Shown in pieces: positions 37,943 to 51,984 of a stretch of 64,000 bases of DNA. The position numbers were made by a program, and so were the translations under genes. Numbering within the stretch: the first letter of the stretch is position 1; the number at the start of each line of letters is the position of its first letter. Origin of the DNA: Chiloscyllium plagiosum (lineage: Eukaryota); contig NC_057728.1 in assembly GCF_004010195.1 (NCBI RefSeq), forward strand, positions 47,976,043-48,040,042, given 5' to 3'. The notes beneath the pieces were generated by a model. The model was not told the origin of the DNA. It saw only the letters and a program-made list of their open reading frames with translations, and ran no database searches.

Positions 37943-38689
37943 TTTGACATGGATAACATAGTACTGGAAGAATTAATAGACATTTGTCATTGGCAGTTCT
38001 GAGTATGAGCTAGTACTGAGCAATCTGGTTATCAGCAGTGTAGCTCTCTTCCCTGGCATGTCATACTGCAAGTGGATGCAATCAGCTGGAGACTGAGATC
38101 TTTATCCCATCAGGGAGGCATGGGCACATTGGGCCAAACAGCCTGTTTCTATGCTGTAAACCTTTATGACTTTATGAATCTATAAGGTATTACACCATGA
38201 AATTGTGATGATATCAAGAGCATGTCTCTTAAAGATATTGCTTTCGAGTTGTGAGACATAAGGTTGAAGAATGGAGAAACTAACCATGTAAGAACTAAGA
38301 AGAAAGTTTAAGTTAGAATGGATCAATCACGTACAGTGCAAGAACTAAAGAGAGGGAAACAAAGATAGGATCAAGGTGAGAGAGTAAAACCATAAAGGAA
38401 AAGTAGATAAAAAGTATTCATTTATAACATACATTTTCAATATGGAATGAGATTCCATATTTGTGATGTTCACTCTCGATGCTAGAGAGGTTGATTAGCA
38501 AAATTACTTCTGCACCTCATTGTGGGCAATTACTTACACCAAATGGACTGCTGTGGTTTAAGAAGGCAACTCTCCATTCACATCCCATGAATGAATAAAA
38601 AATTCAATCACAAATTAAACAATGGGTGCCATTTTTGTGAAACTAACTGTGCAACAATGTAACCTGAACAGCAACTTTGATATAAGATG

Positions 38690-39509
38690 TGTTATTTTTT
38701 ATTTGTTGATTTCATTGTTTATTTTAGAGTTTGGATTTTGAACTAGTGGCACATTGGCTTGAGTCTACGTATAAAAGGGGATTTATCCCTTAACGTGTCA
38801 GTATTTTTGGAGCCTTGTTTTTTTTCAAACCAGTATGAGTGAGAGAAACTTCCTGGAGTGCTAATGTGAATTTGTTCGCATTGAGAGAGCCTTATAGGTG
38901 GACAGATAAACATTGAAGAGAATTAGCTTGCCTTCAGTTAGAAGGATCATGATTTACGTTTAACTTTGCTGAGAGAAAAACCATAGATTGAAAGCCTTTT
39001 GGTTTAAGTCGGTAGAAGTCCTGTTTGAAGTTAGATACATGAAACAATTTATGTTAGCGAAAGGAATTAGTTCAGAGAAGTTAAGAAATAGGTTACTTTA
39101 GTGTAAGGGTTTTCATTTGAAATTTCCAGCTCAGAAGTGTTTGTTTAGAATTGGTTATTTGAAGCTGAGAAAGCTTAGCTACGTGAATACTCAAAGAAGA
39201 GGCTATCAGATTCTCCAAAGTAGACATTGAAAGAAACATTTAAGACAACCTAATAATACAAGTGTAGAGAAGGGTGTTTGAGGATTATAAAAAGGTGCTG
39301 TAGGGATAGATGGAAGTTTATATTTTTACTATGTTTTGAAATTTTTCAATTTGTGTTTTATGTAAATAACTTGGTGTATTCTATTTTATCTTCTTTCCTT
39401 ATGCATAATAAACTTTTGCTTTATTGTTAAAACCAGATCTCTGCAAGCTTCAGTTTCAGTGAAAGACCACCTCACTAAAACTTTGCTGACATCAGTTGGG
39501 GTCAAAACA
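38690..39509 (+). mobile_element. Solo LTR (Gypsy/ERV-like)
   Basis: TGTT...AACA termini, AATAAA at ~39406 followed by a U5-like segment, near-matching 4-bp flanks gatg/gttg. Confidence 0.55.
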
Positions 39510-40284
39510 GTTGTTTCTAACTGTATTTTGTAAAAATGCAAATTGTATATAAATTAGCCTCATTGTTACTTTGCAGCAAATCTAAGTCATCAGTATTTAC
39601 ACCTGTTGTGTATGTAAATCTTAATGTTGGTATAATCCTGCAAAGCATAATTTCCAAACTTTATCTCAAATACTCAAAGCATAAGTGCATTTTTAATGAT
39701 TTGCTTTGCACTGCATGCTAACTATCTGAAGTTTTAATTATTGAAATGTCAAGAACATTGGAAGGTAATTCATGCAGTTATCACTAGCTAATTAGGTTAA
39801 TTAGTGAAGTGACAATTATGAACCTTGTCATTTCTTTCACCTGACCCAATAATTACATGAACTTGAATGCACAAAATTCATCTGCAATTCACAATATTTG
39901 AATTGTCCTGTTTGATGTTTTGCGAACTAATAGAAACAGATTGAGGCTCCAAGCAGTTTAGCAAGATGAGATTTACGAAGAAAAGAAGGAGAAACTAATC
40001 CCAAGGGTATGACACAGTGGTACCTGTTATGCAATGATGATCATAAATGTAGCATATTTTTAGGACATTTTCAGTGATCTGTAATGTATGTGCAGTCTCA
40101 TGAGTTCATTGATTCAGTAGACGATGGTTTAAGCTTTCAAATGTAGGGGTTATTCTGTAGAGACTGGCAGTGTTATTTACTTAAATCTTAATAGCAATTT
40201 TCTTTATCAGCTCTCATACCTTAGAGCTGTAAAGATGAAGGTGAAGGAGGAGTATGAGCAGACTTGTCCTAATTCCTTTGTTTC

Positions 40285-41390
40285 TATGAACAAAGAAACA
40301 TAGATGATAGGAGCAGAAGTAGGCATTTGGCCCCTGGAGAATGCTCTGTCATTTATTATGATGATTGAGCTCAATACCCCACTCCCACTCTCCCTCCATA
40401 GCCCTTGATCCCTTTAACCACAAGTGCTATGTCCATCCCCTTCTTGTAAACACAATGTTTTAGCCTCAACAAATTTCTGTGGTAATGGATTCCACAGACT
40501 TACCATTCACTGGGTGAAGAATTTTTTCCTCATCTCAGTCCTAAAAAGTTTACCTATTACCTTTAAACTTTGACTCGTAATTCTGGACTTCCTAATTCTG
40601 CATCCTTCCTGCATCTAACCTATCTAGTCCTGTTAGAAGTTTATAGGTTTCTGTCAGACCACTCCACTTCTCCACTCTAGTGAATACAATCCTAACCAAC
40701 TGAGTATCTCCTCATACTTTCAGTCCTGCCATCTCAGCAATCAACATGGTAAATCTTTGCAGCACTCCCTCTTTTAGCAAAAGCATGCTTCCTCAGATAA
40801 GGAGAACAAAACTGCATACAACATTCCAGATGTGTCCTCACCAATGCCCTATATAATTACAGCAGAAATCCTTGTTCTTGTACTCAAATCCTATGACAAT
40901 GAAGACTAGCATACAGCTTGCTTTCTTTATTGCCCACTCACTGTCAGTAACATATGCACAAGGACACCCAGGTCTTGTTGAACATTCCCATCTCTCAATT
41001 TACAGACATGCAAATAATAACCTGCCTTCTGATTTTTGCTGCTAAAGTGGAGTATCTCACATTTATTCTCATTATACCGTATCTACCATGCATTTGCCCA
41101 CTCACTCAGTCTGTCCAAATCATTCTGCAACATCTCTGCAGTACTTCACAGCTCACCCTCACACCAAGCTTTACATCATTTGCAAATTTTAAGATATTAC
41201 TTTTAGTTCCCTCATCTAAATCCTGAACATAGATTGTGAATAGCTGGGGTCCTAGTACCAATCCCTGTAGTACCCCACTAGCCACCACCTGCCATTCAAA
41301 AAATGATCCATTTGTTACTATTCTTTGTTTTCTGTCTACTAACCATTTTTCCTATCCATCTCAATACCACCCCAATCCCTTACACTTTAA
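40285..41390 (-). mobile_element. CR1 LINE 3' fragment (RT)
   Basis: VASGVLQGLVLGPQLFTIYVQDLDEG..ILKFANDVKLG (41106-41288). Confidence 0.88.
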
Positions 41391-42267
41391 TAAGGGCTAT
41401 ATTGATCAGCTTCTTTCAATGTAGTAAATGAGATGCTTCTCTGTATTTGCACTGTGATAATGACTGGATAATTGAATTGTTAGTGATGTGGGATAAATAA
41501 ATACTAATTACTGATTAGGGATAGCTCCTCAAATCGAGCCATGGGATACATTGGCTCCATCTGAGACAGCAAGGTATCAGTTAAACACCATACCAGCCCT
41601 CATCAGAACAATACTGGATTGTTAGTCTGGGTATTTGTGTTCAAATCTCCTGGACTGAGTCTTGAACTCACAACCTTCTGACTCTAAGGTGAACAACTGA
41701 GCCACAGCTGATGTTTACATGGTTGAGGTTTGACTAACTATTTACAATGAACATTTACATTCCATGTCAAACATTCTCTGGTGTATACAGCTCAAGAGAT
41801 TTAACATGGTTTCCAAGGGAGGGCCTTAGGTAGCGACTATTCCCACATTGAATGGTGGTTGCAGCATCTTCAGTGGCTGTGAAGGTGATCAAAGTCATCT
41901 ATTCCTTTGCATCAAGATCCGATCAGGCTACTGGAATTGACATCTTGAACATTTGCCCAGTTCACATGCACTGCTGCATTAGAGAGGTGACACATGTTCT
42001 TTGTGCCTGAAAAAAGAGTGGTCTGCAATATTCTCTAAAACCTGGCCAGCAGCAACATTTCTCATCAAGGATACAAGGAGAAACTCTGGAGCAGGAAGGG
42101 AAAGAAGAAAGGGAGGAAGAGAGAATGCAACCAGAATATCCCCTTTCTAGTCAGGCAGTCTTTGAACCATATCATTGAACACTTTCACAAATCCCCACCC
42201 TCCAATCTCAAACTTACCTTTCCTTGTGTCTGCTACAGATCATCACACAGAGTCCTCTTTGTTATGA

Positions 42268-42546
42268 TAAGATTAGATTACCTACAGTGTGGAAACAGGC
42301 CTTTCAGCCCAACAAGTCCACACAGTCCCTCTGAAGAGTTAACCCCCCCCCCAACTAATGCACCTAACACTGTGGACAATTTAGCATGGCCAATTCACCT
42401 GACCTGCACTTCTTTGGATTGTGGGAGGAAACCGGAGCACCCGGCGAAAACCTATGCAGACACAGGGAGAATGTGTTGCCCAAGGCTGGAATCAAACCTG
42501 GGACTGTGAGGCAGCAGTGCTAACCACTGAGCCACTGTGCCGCCCA
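42268..42546 (-). mobile_element. tRNA-derived SINE (HE1/V-SINE type)
   Basis: (gatta)n tail and gcagcagtgctaaccactgagccactgtgccgccc head. Confidence 0.88.
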
Positions 42547-45500
42547 TATGATACTGCAATAAAGCCAGTACAAAATAGCCATGCCAATACAGCTTTACAC
42601 AGCAAACCATCTAATGCTTTTTGCAAAAGTCAATTTCATCATCCTTAGTGCATTTCCCAAGGGCCAGCCTTTGCCTTCCCTTGTGTTTTTATATAGAGCT
42701 ATATCAGCCGTTGTAGCAAGGCTGGTGGGTGACTGTTGACTTTAAGAGGGTGAGACTTCAGATGGCCTTGCAGGACACCCACAGGCATCTGGGTCCAGAG
42801 ATAGCTATCTAATTTAACGACTTAAGTTCAGACCACATTTTATCAGTTCTGATTGGTCAAGGTTTTGCCACAGGATGGTGCAAGGTTGATTACCTCCACC
42901 AACTTTTACTTATAGGAAAAGGCACAATGTGTGGAAATATCCTTTTCTCTTTTCTCACACAATCCTCTGTTCATTTCATTAATTATGGATCCGGGCTCCA
43001 TGGGACCCTTGTCACACAGTCCTGTGTTTACAGTGGTGTAAGTGCTCATTGCTGCCAGGACATTCCAGTGTTCACACTGTGGGCACCATATTTAAATCTC
43101 AGCTCCACCACACTCCAAACACTGCACAGAACGAATAGGTCCTCACTTTCCATTGCTTGACTGTTAATACCAAGAGGCATGGAGAAACAAGCAGTGAGCT
43201 TTATTTGCCAGGCCATCTCTCTGACCTTTAAGTTGGGAATTGGTGCCATCTAGTTTTGCAGCAGTATCTGGGAGTAGTGCAAACTGCATATAAAGAAGGT
43301 GAGATTGTGTAACATATTATTGCAGGTACATGGAAACAAGGTCCTCACTTTTATTCTCATCTAACTATTAAAGTCTTCAGGGAAAGTTCAGACTTTTTTT
43401 TTGCACACATCAAGAATCCAACTTTTTCATTCTCACCAAATTCTAATAAGTTTCTTACCATTGCCCACGCCACCTCAAGGGCTTGGAGAATCCCACTCAG
43501 TCGTTTTGGCTTGATGGCAACATCCTATTAGTGGACTAAACCATTTGGGTGTTTATTGCAAAATACCTGTGTGAGACAGCTAATTTTACTGGCTGCTCAA
43601 ATCTTGGAGACCCCTTCCCCTTTCAGGGTAACTGAGATAGACTGGCCACAAATCAGGACCAAAGGTGGCAATCTTAGGCCCTTCCAAGAGTTTGCGTGAT
43701 ATTTAAAAAGCAATGATTTGACCAGGTTAGCCATTATTGCTCAGGATCGTTTTGACACGTCCAATCTTGATATCAAGCTTACACAATGAGCAGATAGCTA
43801 GGGCCTATTTAATAAGTTGCTAATAAGACTGACCTTGTAGTGCATGGATTCCCAATGTGTATATTGACCAGTAATTGTAGACTTGCAATAGACAGGAGTA
43901 GAAATTCCTTTATCAGTTAATCAATTTAATCAGTTAAATAAGACAGCTAACAGTTCCTGTAGCATCTCCGTGCCAACCATTGTCCAGTCAATCAGCCTCC
44001 ACTTCTCATGCTGTATAAAACGTTTCTTCCTTTCTCAAGTTGATTTTCTTGCAGTTCAGTCTGATCAGTGCAAGATGGGAAGCAAAACTATGAAGTAGCA
44101 ATCAAATGCAAGATGTTATGTGGAAGGGGCTGATAAGGAAACATCCATGAGGAATTTCACAGCATAAACTTGTAATTATTTCTCACCTAAAAAGCAGGTG
44201 GCCTTTCAAAATTGTGAGAATACGTTGTTGCAGCATTTGAGAAGCTCACCAACTGCAATTTCCAGGTGTACAAACAATCCATCCATCTATTTCTGCAGAA
44301 CATTAGAGAATGGACAGCACATAAACAGGCCATTTAGTCAAATGGGTGCAACACTGCTACTTTTTCTGCTTCTCTATCTCACCAGCAAATTCTTCTATTT
44401 ATTCCTCTCTCATGTGTTTTTCTATCTTCCCCTTTAGTATATCTGAGCTGTTCACCTCAACTACTCCTTTTAATAGGGAGTTCACGTTCTCACTGTCCAA
44501 AAAAGGAAGTCTCTCCTGCTTTCTCCATTGAATTTATTCATTATTATCATATTTATTGTCCTTCATTTTTTCTCCTCACAAGTAGTATTATTTTCTCTCC
44601 ATCCACCCTGTAAAGCCATTTCACAATCTCCAATCTTGTCACTCCTCTTGCCTAGAGCTTAAGCTTGTCCAAAGGGAAGTTCATTAAATATTCAAATCTG
44701 TGTCCTATGATTGTGATTTTTTAGTGATAAACGAGCAGGGTATAATCAAAATATTTTTAATGATTATGTACATGGGGCCAGAAGAAGTAGGACCACATCT
44801 CTACAAATTACCTCTTGCCCATTGCCAGCTCATTCAATCTGTTTGTGCTCTGGCCTCCCAATGGTGGTTTTTTTCTCTTCTCAAAAACATAGATGGTAAT
44901 TAAACTTATTTCCTAATTAGAACATTCAAAAGGTAACATTGCTCCATGTGTGTGTTGCAGGCAGTTGTATTTCTCATTAGCGTAACAAATCTAATGATGA
45001 TGCAGGAAAGTGAATCAGAATTAATGCTGTCCCTGAGGAAGTGTAACCTCCTGCCCATCAACAGATAACATATGAGAATATAAAATACATCACATGGAAA
45101 GAAATGTTCGTAATAATGTATGGGTGGGTGGTTGGTTAGCTTTATTTGAGTTTTGACTGCATTTTTTTTGCCCAGTCACAACAGATTGTCTTACCTTCTG
45201 TTTGTCACCACATGCTGTTCAGATTAAGCAAGGCTGGGTAAGGGAGCTGGGAAACAATAATACCATCAAATTTCTAGTTCTGCATTCATGTTACCAGAGA
45301 GGGCGTTTATGTTATTCCTTTGCTCAAGCATTTACTTTCAGGAAAAGTGCTCCAAATGCTCAGCAAGGAGTCACACCTTAGTGCATGGCTTAATGACCTG
45401 AGAACCCAGGGTGCAAATTATCCATTGTGTTGACTGTCATATCACTTCATTTAACATGTCTTGCAAGTTTAAATGAATAAGTTGATATGAAGCAGCTCTC

Positions 45501-48500
45501 TGTGGGTTCTCCACTACTTTTCAATTGTCCTGAACTCTTAAAATATGGTTTGATATTTTTGAATTACAGTATCTTATGGAAAATTATATTCCTCTTTGAG
45601 CATGAACAAACTGCTGCCTAAGCCTAATTTATCCTAGAATCAAAAATCTTGCTTGACCAGCTCAGAGGGTGGTTAAAAGACAACCACATTTCTCTAGTCC
45701 TGGAGTCACAGGTAAGCCAGGCTGGGGTTTTATGACAATTGGCAATGGTTTTGAAGTCACCATTACTGGAAATAATTTCAGATATGCTAATTCAGTCACA
45801 TTCCATCAGCTGCCATCATGGGATTTGAACTCATGACCCAAAGCATTACTCTTGGCCTCTGGACTGTAACGTCACTGCACCATTTCTTCTGCTGTTCTAA
45901 GAATTGGTTGTGGCATAATATATAAACGAAAAGGGCAGACAAATCTGAAAGCTGGCACCTGTGACAAGGCAGCAGACCCTCAGTGGGTAGAAAATTGGAG
46001 CAGAGGTGAAAGAATTTCCTTATTGAGTCTTTTAACAACTTGGAGAAAAATAGCAGGTCTTCTCTCTGTAACAAGTATATATTCCAATTTGTCTGCCAAA
46101 GTGGAATATCTTACACTGCCATGTCTTTAAGTTAATTTGGAGAAGGTTTTGTCCACTTGTAAATTCTGTATAGAATCCCAATTGGTTCATCAGATTCAAC
46201 AGCTTCCCCTTGAATCACTTTTAGGCTCTCTATAAATCCCTACTTATCTTTCTTACAGTGATTCAATTCAGGAGATGTCCAATGCTGCTTCTAATGCACT
46301 CCACTCATTACTTCACTCCAGTTCACATTCATTACATCTCTCCAGTCCAGCATTACTCCCTAAACTAATACCTGCTGCTTATTAAGACAATACCTCCAGC
46401 ATTTCCACACTGACGTGCTTCATATCTGCATAACAGAACTTGGTCAGGAGCCAGTCTGTATTTTCTTAATGTTTTAATATAATATTGTAGATCGATGCTA
46501 CTAATTACCAAATAAATTACAGACTATTTTGCTTTCTCCTCAGGAGTGGAAACACTTCTGCCTAAACCCATCTAATTAAATGTGTCAGTCGTGTTTACAC
46601 TCTTAACAATTGCCTTGATTTAGTTTCTTGTTCTTGCATTTTCAAAAACCAAGTATCTTATTGAGAAATGTGTTCATTCAAGTACAGTAGATTTTACATA
46701 TGGGTTAGTCATGTTGCTATTGGTAACAGAGAAAAAGAGGTGTGGCTCTTCTTTATTTGGGAGATTTATGTTTGAAAGTGAGTAGAAGCTTTTGTGACTG
46801 AAACTGATTTAGATTAAGGAAGTAGCTCTTATATAGTTATTTTTTTAAGTAACAAGTTGCTCCCAAAGTTAAAAATCCTTTCGAACCATGGATTTGCCTT
46901 AATTGGTGCATGTGTAGTTCAGCGCTGAAAGTTGCAGGTACAAAAAGTGCGCAGGTACAGAACCCCCTGAGGAATCTAATCTAATAGATCTGAGACCTCT
47001 CTACAAATAACAGGCAATCCCTGTGCTGTTTGGCGGAGTGAAATGTCATGCTGTCATATTAGCTAGAGACGCGTGTACGAGATGACGTTGAATCCATAAC
47101 AGTTGGAACATGAGAAAAGGGATGCAGTGAGGAAATCAAATGTTGGTACTGTGAAGAAAATAAAAGCTTTGCCTGGTTATGCAGGGGATGTTGAAACTCT
47201 GTGTCCTCTGGCACATAGTAAAGGTAGGTGGTGAAAGAGTATTGAGAAGCTGCTGTCAAAATCTTTGTTCTGGTCTCAGCTATTTAAATTTTGTCCCAGT
47301 AATGTTACTCATAATACCACATCAGGTGAATGAATAGCATAGGGATTTTATGACTTCATAAGTGGAATGAGCCAATAAATCTTACATTCATCATCTATAC
47401 AAGAATAATATTAGATTCATTAAAGTAATGCTTTAATAATAGATTGCTATATTAATATAAAATTGTAAGTGTATTATATTTATCATTCTACCTGAATGAA
47501 TGCATATCATAAGATTAAGTTTGGTACTTTGTAATAATAAAATGTTTAGTGGTCATTGCAATACTAAAGTTTAAATAGTTTTACTACTTGTATAAGAAAA
47601 TTGGAATGGTTTTGTTACTTCAGTGTTTTGTTCATATAGATGAACTGAGTGAAATGTTAGTCAAATATGGATTCTGTTTCATTCATTAGAAAGATCTTGC
47701 AGTGATTATATATTACGTAGTTCGCTTCATCAAAGCATGTTGCTTCTAATATCTAACATGTAACATCAAATATCTGTTAAAGATTGCTAATTCAATAGTT
47801 GCTTTTCTTTAGTGACTTTAGCTGCAACAGATTCAGAAATGTCCCAAGGAGATGGTAGTTTCATCAGCTGTCACTTATAGATGTGTGTTTGTATAGTGTG
47901 CTGTTAGATATTGATTAGCACAGACATAAAGAATCAAGGTCACAATTTTGGAAGAAGAGAGCTCTTGTAACAAGGTCAAGGGCATATATTATTTAATATT
48001 AAACAGGAACACAGTTCTCCTTAGGAAAAACGTATGTGTGTAAATGAGCTGGCATTTATATATGATTAAGGAGAGTAAACCATTAGCTTCAGCTTTGTTC
48101 ACTTGTTGTCCTGGACAACAATATTTTGCTCATCTTGAATACCTCTTGAGACCAACCATACTTGAAAGGTTTCTATAATTTCCTGGATGTTTGTGCCAAT
48201 AGGGAAGACCCATTGGTGATTTAAATGGCCTGGGACACTAGAGATTGGAACAGGAAGACTCTGCGTCATTCCAACTTGAAAATGGAAAGTTTGATGACCC
48301 AATGGGCTGATTTGTTTGGGAGAATTCTGGAAGGAAAATGTGTTGCTTACTGGTTACCAGAGTGTGAGAAGGATTGTAAATAAGCAAATAACCAAACACA
48401 AATGAATGCAGCCGAAGCATTAATTAGACTTAGTTTGCATATCAGACTGGAGTTCTGGATTATAAATATAAAAACAAAATTCTCCACCCACAGCTGTCTT

Positions 48501-48754
48501 ACTGTCTCAACCTATGGTGCTTCTTACAGAGTGGGAGGGAAAATCTAATCTGTGGATTTTTGAAGAGCTAATATTATGCCAGGTTTTATTTTCTGTTCAT
48601 CCTGTTTTCTCCCCACTCCCCAATCAATCACTCCCACTGCCACTCAGGAAAATTGATTCACCCAAGGGCCACAGATAATAAAGCTTGTCAAGGAATAGTG
48701 TCATTCACTGTACAGATTTAAATTCTGATCTTCTGGATGAGAATCCAGCAGTTA

Positions 48755-49582
48755 AGAGTCATAGAGGCATTCAGCACGGAAACAGACCCTTCGGGCCAAC
48801 TTGCCCATGCCGACCAAATTTCCTAAACTAAATGAGTCTCCCTTGCCTGCATATGGCCATTATCCCTCTAAACCTTTCCAAATCAATGTACCTGTCCAAA
48901 TGTCTTTTAAGTTTTGTAATTGTATCTGCATCTACCCCTTCCTGTGGCAATTCATTCCAGATAAGAAGCACCTTGTGCGTGAAAAAATTGCCCCTCCCGT
49001 CCTTTTAAATCTTTCTCATCTCATCTTAAAAAAATTTTGAACTCCTCCATCCTAGAGAAAAGACCTTTGCTATTCAGTTTATCTATGCCTCTCATGATTT
49101 TATAGACCTTTATAAGGTTACCTCGCAACTTCCAATGTTACTGTAAAAAAAAATGCCAGCTGTTCTTCATAACCACATTCAACCTCTCCTCATAACTCAA
49201 CTTTCCAATCCTGGCAACATCCTGCTAGCTTTTTTTCTGAATCCTCGCCAATGTAATAATCTCCTTCATATAGCAGGGTGACCAGAGCTGGACACAATAC
49301 TGCAAAAGTGGCTTCACTAACATCCTGTATAACCTCAACATGACATCCCAATTCCTGTATTCAGTGATCTGAGCAATGAAGGCAAGTGTGCTAAATGTTA
49401 TCTTAAGCACTCTGTCCATCTGTGGTGCAACATTTAAAACACTAAGTACCTGAACCCCTAGGTCTGTCTGTTCAACAACACTACCCAGGGTTCTACCATT
49501 AAATGCATACATCCTGCCCTTGTTTGTTTTACCAAAATGCAATATCACACATTTATCTAAATTAAACTCCATCTGCCACTCT
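48755..49582 (-). mobile_element. CR1 LINE 3' fragment
   Basis: MEFNLDKCVILHFGKTN...DLGVQV...MLRLYRMLVKPLLQYCVQLWSP. Confidence 0.9.
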
Positions 49583-49613
49583 TTTCAGAAATGAGATGCT
49601 TAACATTTAGTTC

Positions 49614-49733
49614 TGATTTGGAGATGCCAGTTGGACTGGGGTGTACAAAGTTAAAAATCACACAACACCAGGTTATAGCCCAACAGTGTGCTTCCAATTA
49701 AACCTGTTGGACTATAACCTGGTGTTGTGATTT
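49614..49733. mobile_element. Palindromic Penelope derivative (family B, short)
   Basis: Inverted arms; TSD ttaacatttagttc at 49600-49613 and 49734-49747. Confidence 0.82.
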
Positions 49734-50631
49734 TTAACATTTAGTTCAGTTGTATAAGGTGTGCATAGAAGCATTCCTTTGGCCATTTGCCACTTGCCAA
49801 TCTATCACTTGCTAACAATCCTTAATGTGTTAAAATGAGGTCTCAGTTAAGTAATAATAGGGTATTGCAGTGTCAAAACATTATTCCATTTAAAGCATTG
49901 AATAACTGTTTTTAAATGGTCAATCTATTCTCTGGTGCTTTATGTGATATATGTCAGAGCAGGGGTAATAATGTGTTTTATTAACTGTACGTGAATGATG
50001 TTATAATTCAGAAGTGACAATCCACCAGCAGTTCTATAAGTGAACAAAGTTTAATGAACATGCAAGTGATAATTCAAGTTAATTGGCTCTGAGTTCTGTA
50101 TATTTTAATATAATTCCTCTATTAACTTTTATGTCCTAAGTAATTTGTAATAGTAGCACAGAGGCACTTTAGTTTGGGAGAGCAATTAGTTTCATAAGCC
50201 TTGGCAACATTTTCCTTAATTTGTGCACTTTTGTAATAGACCTATCAGGAGCAGCAGCAATTTTAATTTGTGCCAGCTAAATGCTTTTGTTATACATGTT
50301 GATTATAATTCATAGATTTTTAATGAAAAAAAACTTCTTAAACCTTCCCGTTCAAGATTAGAGGTCTTTTGGGAACAGATAATTTTCCAAACCAACACAA
50401 CAAATTCTTACTCAAAACTTTTAATTTTCTATTTCGCCAACTTCATTCTCACCACATGTGGCATAAGGAATCAGGTAAGATACTGTATGAAAGTACTAGG
50501 AAAGGAAAGGTCAATCAAGCATTAATTTTGCAATGGCCAAGCTGTAGGTCAGGACTAACGTACTACAAAAGAGCAAGTGTTTTTTGTGTCTTTGCCCCAA
50601 TGTATGAACATTGAGCAGTGGGTTATTGAGA

Positions 50632-50965
50632 AGGTTGTGGTGTGGTGGTAATGTCACTGGACTAGTAATCCAGGTTAATGTTCTGGGGATATGGATTCAA
50701 ACTTGACCATGTCAGGTGCTGAAGTTTGAATTCAAATTTTAAAAAGTCTGGAATAAAAACCCTCTCTAATAACAACCATGTAACCACTGATTGTCATAAA
50801 AATCTATGTGATTCAATAACACCCTTTAGGGAAGGAAATCTGGTGATCCTTACTTGGTCTGGTCCAGATCCACCAGAATATGATTGGCTTCTAACTGGCC
50901 TCTGGAAATTCAGAATGGATAATAAATGCTGGTCTAACCAATGGCACCCATAGTCCATGATTATA
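50632..50965 (+). mobile_element. tRNA-derived SINE, second family (LINE-like tail)
   Basis: ggtgtggtggtaatgtcactggactagtaatcc head...ctttagggaaggaaatctg...aataaatgctgg tail; relatives at ~32800-33055 (+), ~45660-45880 (-) and ~55345-55690 (-). Confidence 0.7.
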
Positions 50966-51084
50966 TTCTTTGAAGTTAAACTACAGTTATGCTTCTGACA
51001 GTATCTTAGACTGGTAGCTTTCTCAAGCTTGAACCTCACTGTGACAAAACAGAATGAGAACAGCAGGCATACCTTCTTGAGAAT

Positions 51085-51386
51085 AGATTAGATTAGACTC
51101 CCTACAGTGTGGAAACAGGCCCTTCGGCCCAACAAGTCCACACCAACCCTCCTAAGAGCAGCCCACCCAGACCCATTCTCCTACATTTACCCCTTCACCT
51201 AACATTACGGGCAATTTTGCATGGCCAATTCACCTAATCTGCACATTTTTGGACTGTGGGAGGAAGTCGGAGCACCCGGAGGAAAACCATGCGGGGAGAA
51301 TGTGCAAACTCCACACAGACAGTTGCCTGAGGTGGGAATTGAACCCGGGTCTCTGGCACTGTGAGGCAGCAGTGCTAACCACTGTG
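51085..51386 (-). mobile_element. tRNA-derived SINE (HE1/V-SINE type)
   Basis: Same family as 42268-42546. Confidence 0.88.
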
Positions 51387-51984
51387 GAATACTGCTGAGG
51401 TAATTGAGAAAGGGACACACATGTTCAAAAATGTGCCTTCGGTGGTACTCCCTGGGTAACTAATGTTAGGACAGAGTAATTGAGGTGGGTACCTGCTGCT
51501 CCACTATTGAAAAAAATGCTAGAGTATTTCTTTGAAACTTCTGAAAACTGAAAACTTGTGTTTAGTTCCCTTCATTCCAGGTTGGAAAGGGTATAGATGT
51601 TAGAGGATACACTATGGCATTCTAGAGGGTTTTAATATCTTTTACTGGGGTGCTCAGCAATGCTAAAGCCAATTTTGTCTTAACCTGAAACTGCTTGTTT
51701 CAAATGAAAATATCAGCTGAACTGCACATATGAATCTCTCCCTTTATCAAGCACCTAGTGTGTTCTCAGGATGTTCGAAACCATGCAGTATAGTCTATGT
51801 GGCTTTTGGAGACAATGCGATACTGATTAATATGTTGGAAGGATAAATGTTGGCCAACTTCCTGGTATTCTTTGAAACAATATCTAATACATAGAATGTA
51901 TTAGAGTCAGCTAAACAGGGAAACAGGCTTTGATTAAAGCCTTATCCAAAAGTCGATGCCTTGGTACACTCCATGCAGTTTTCC

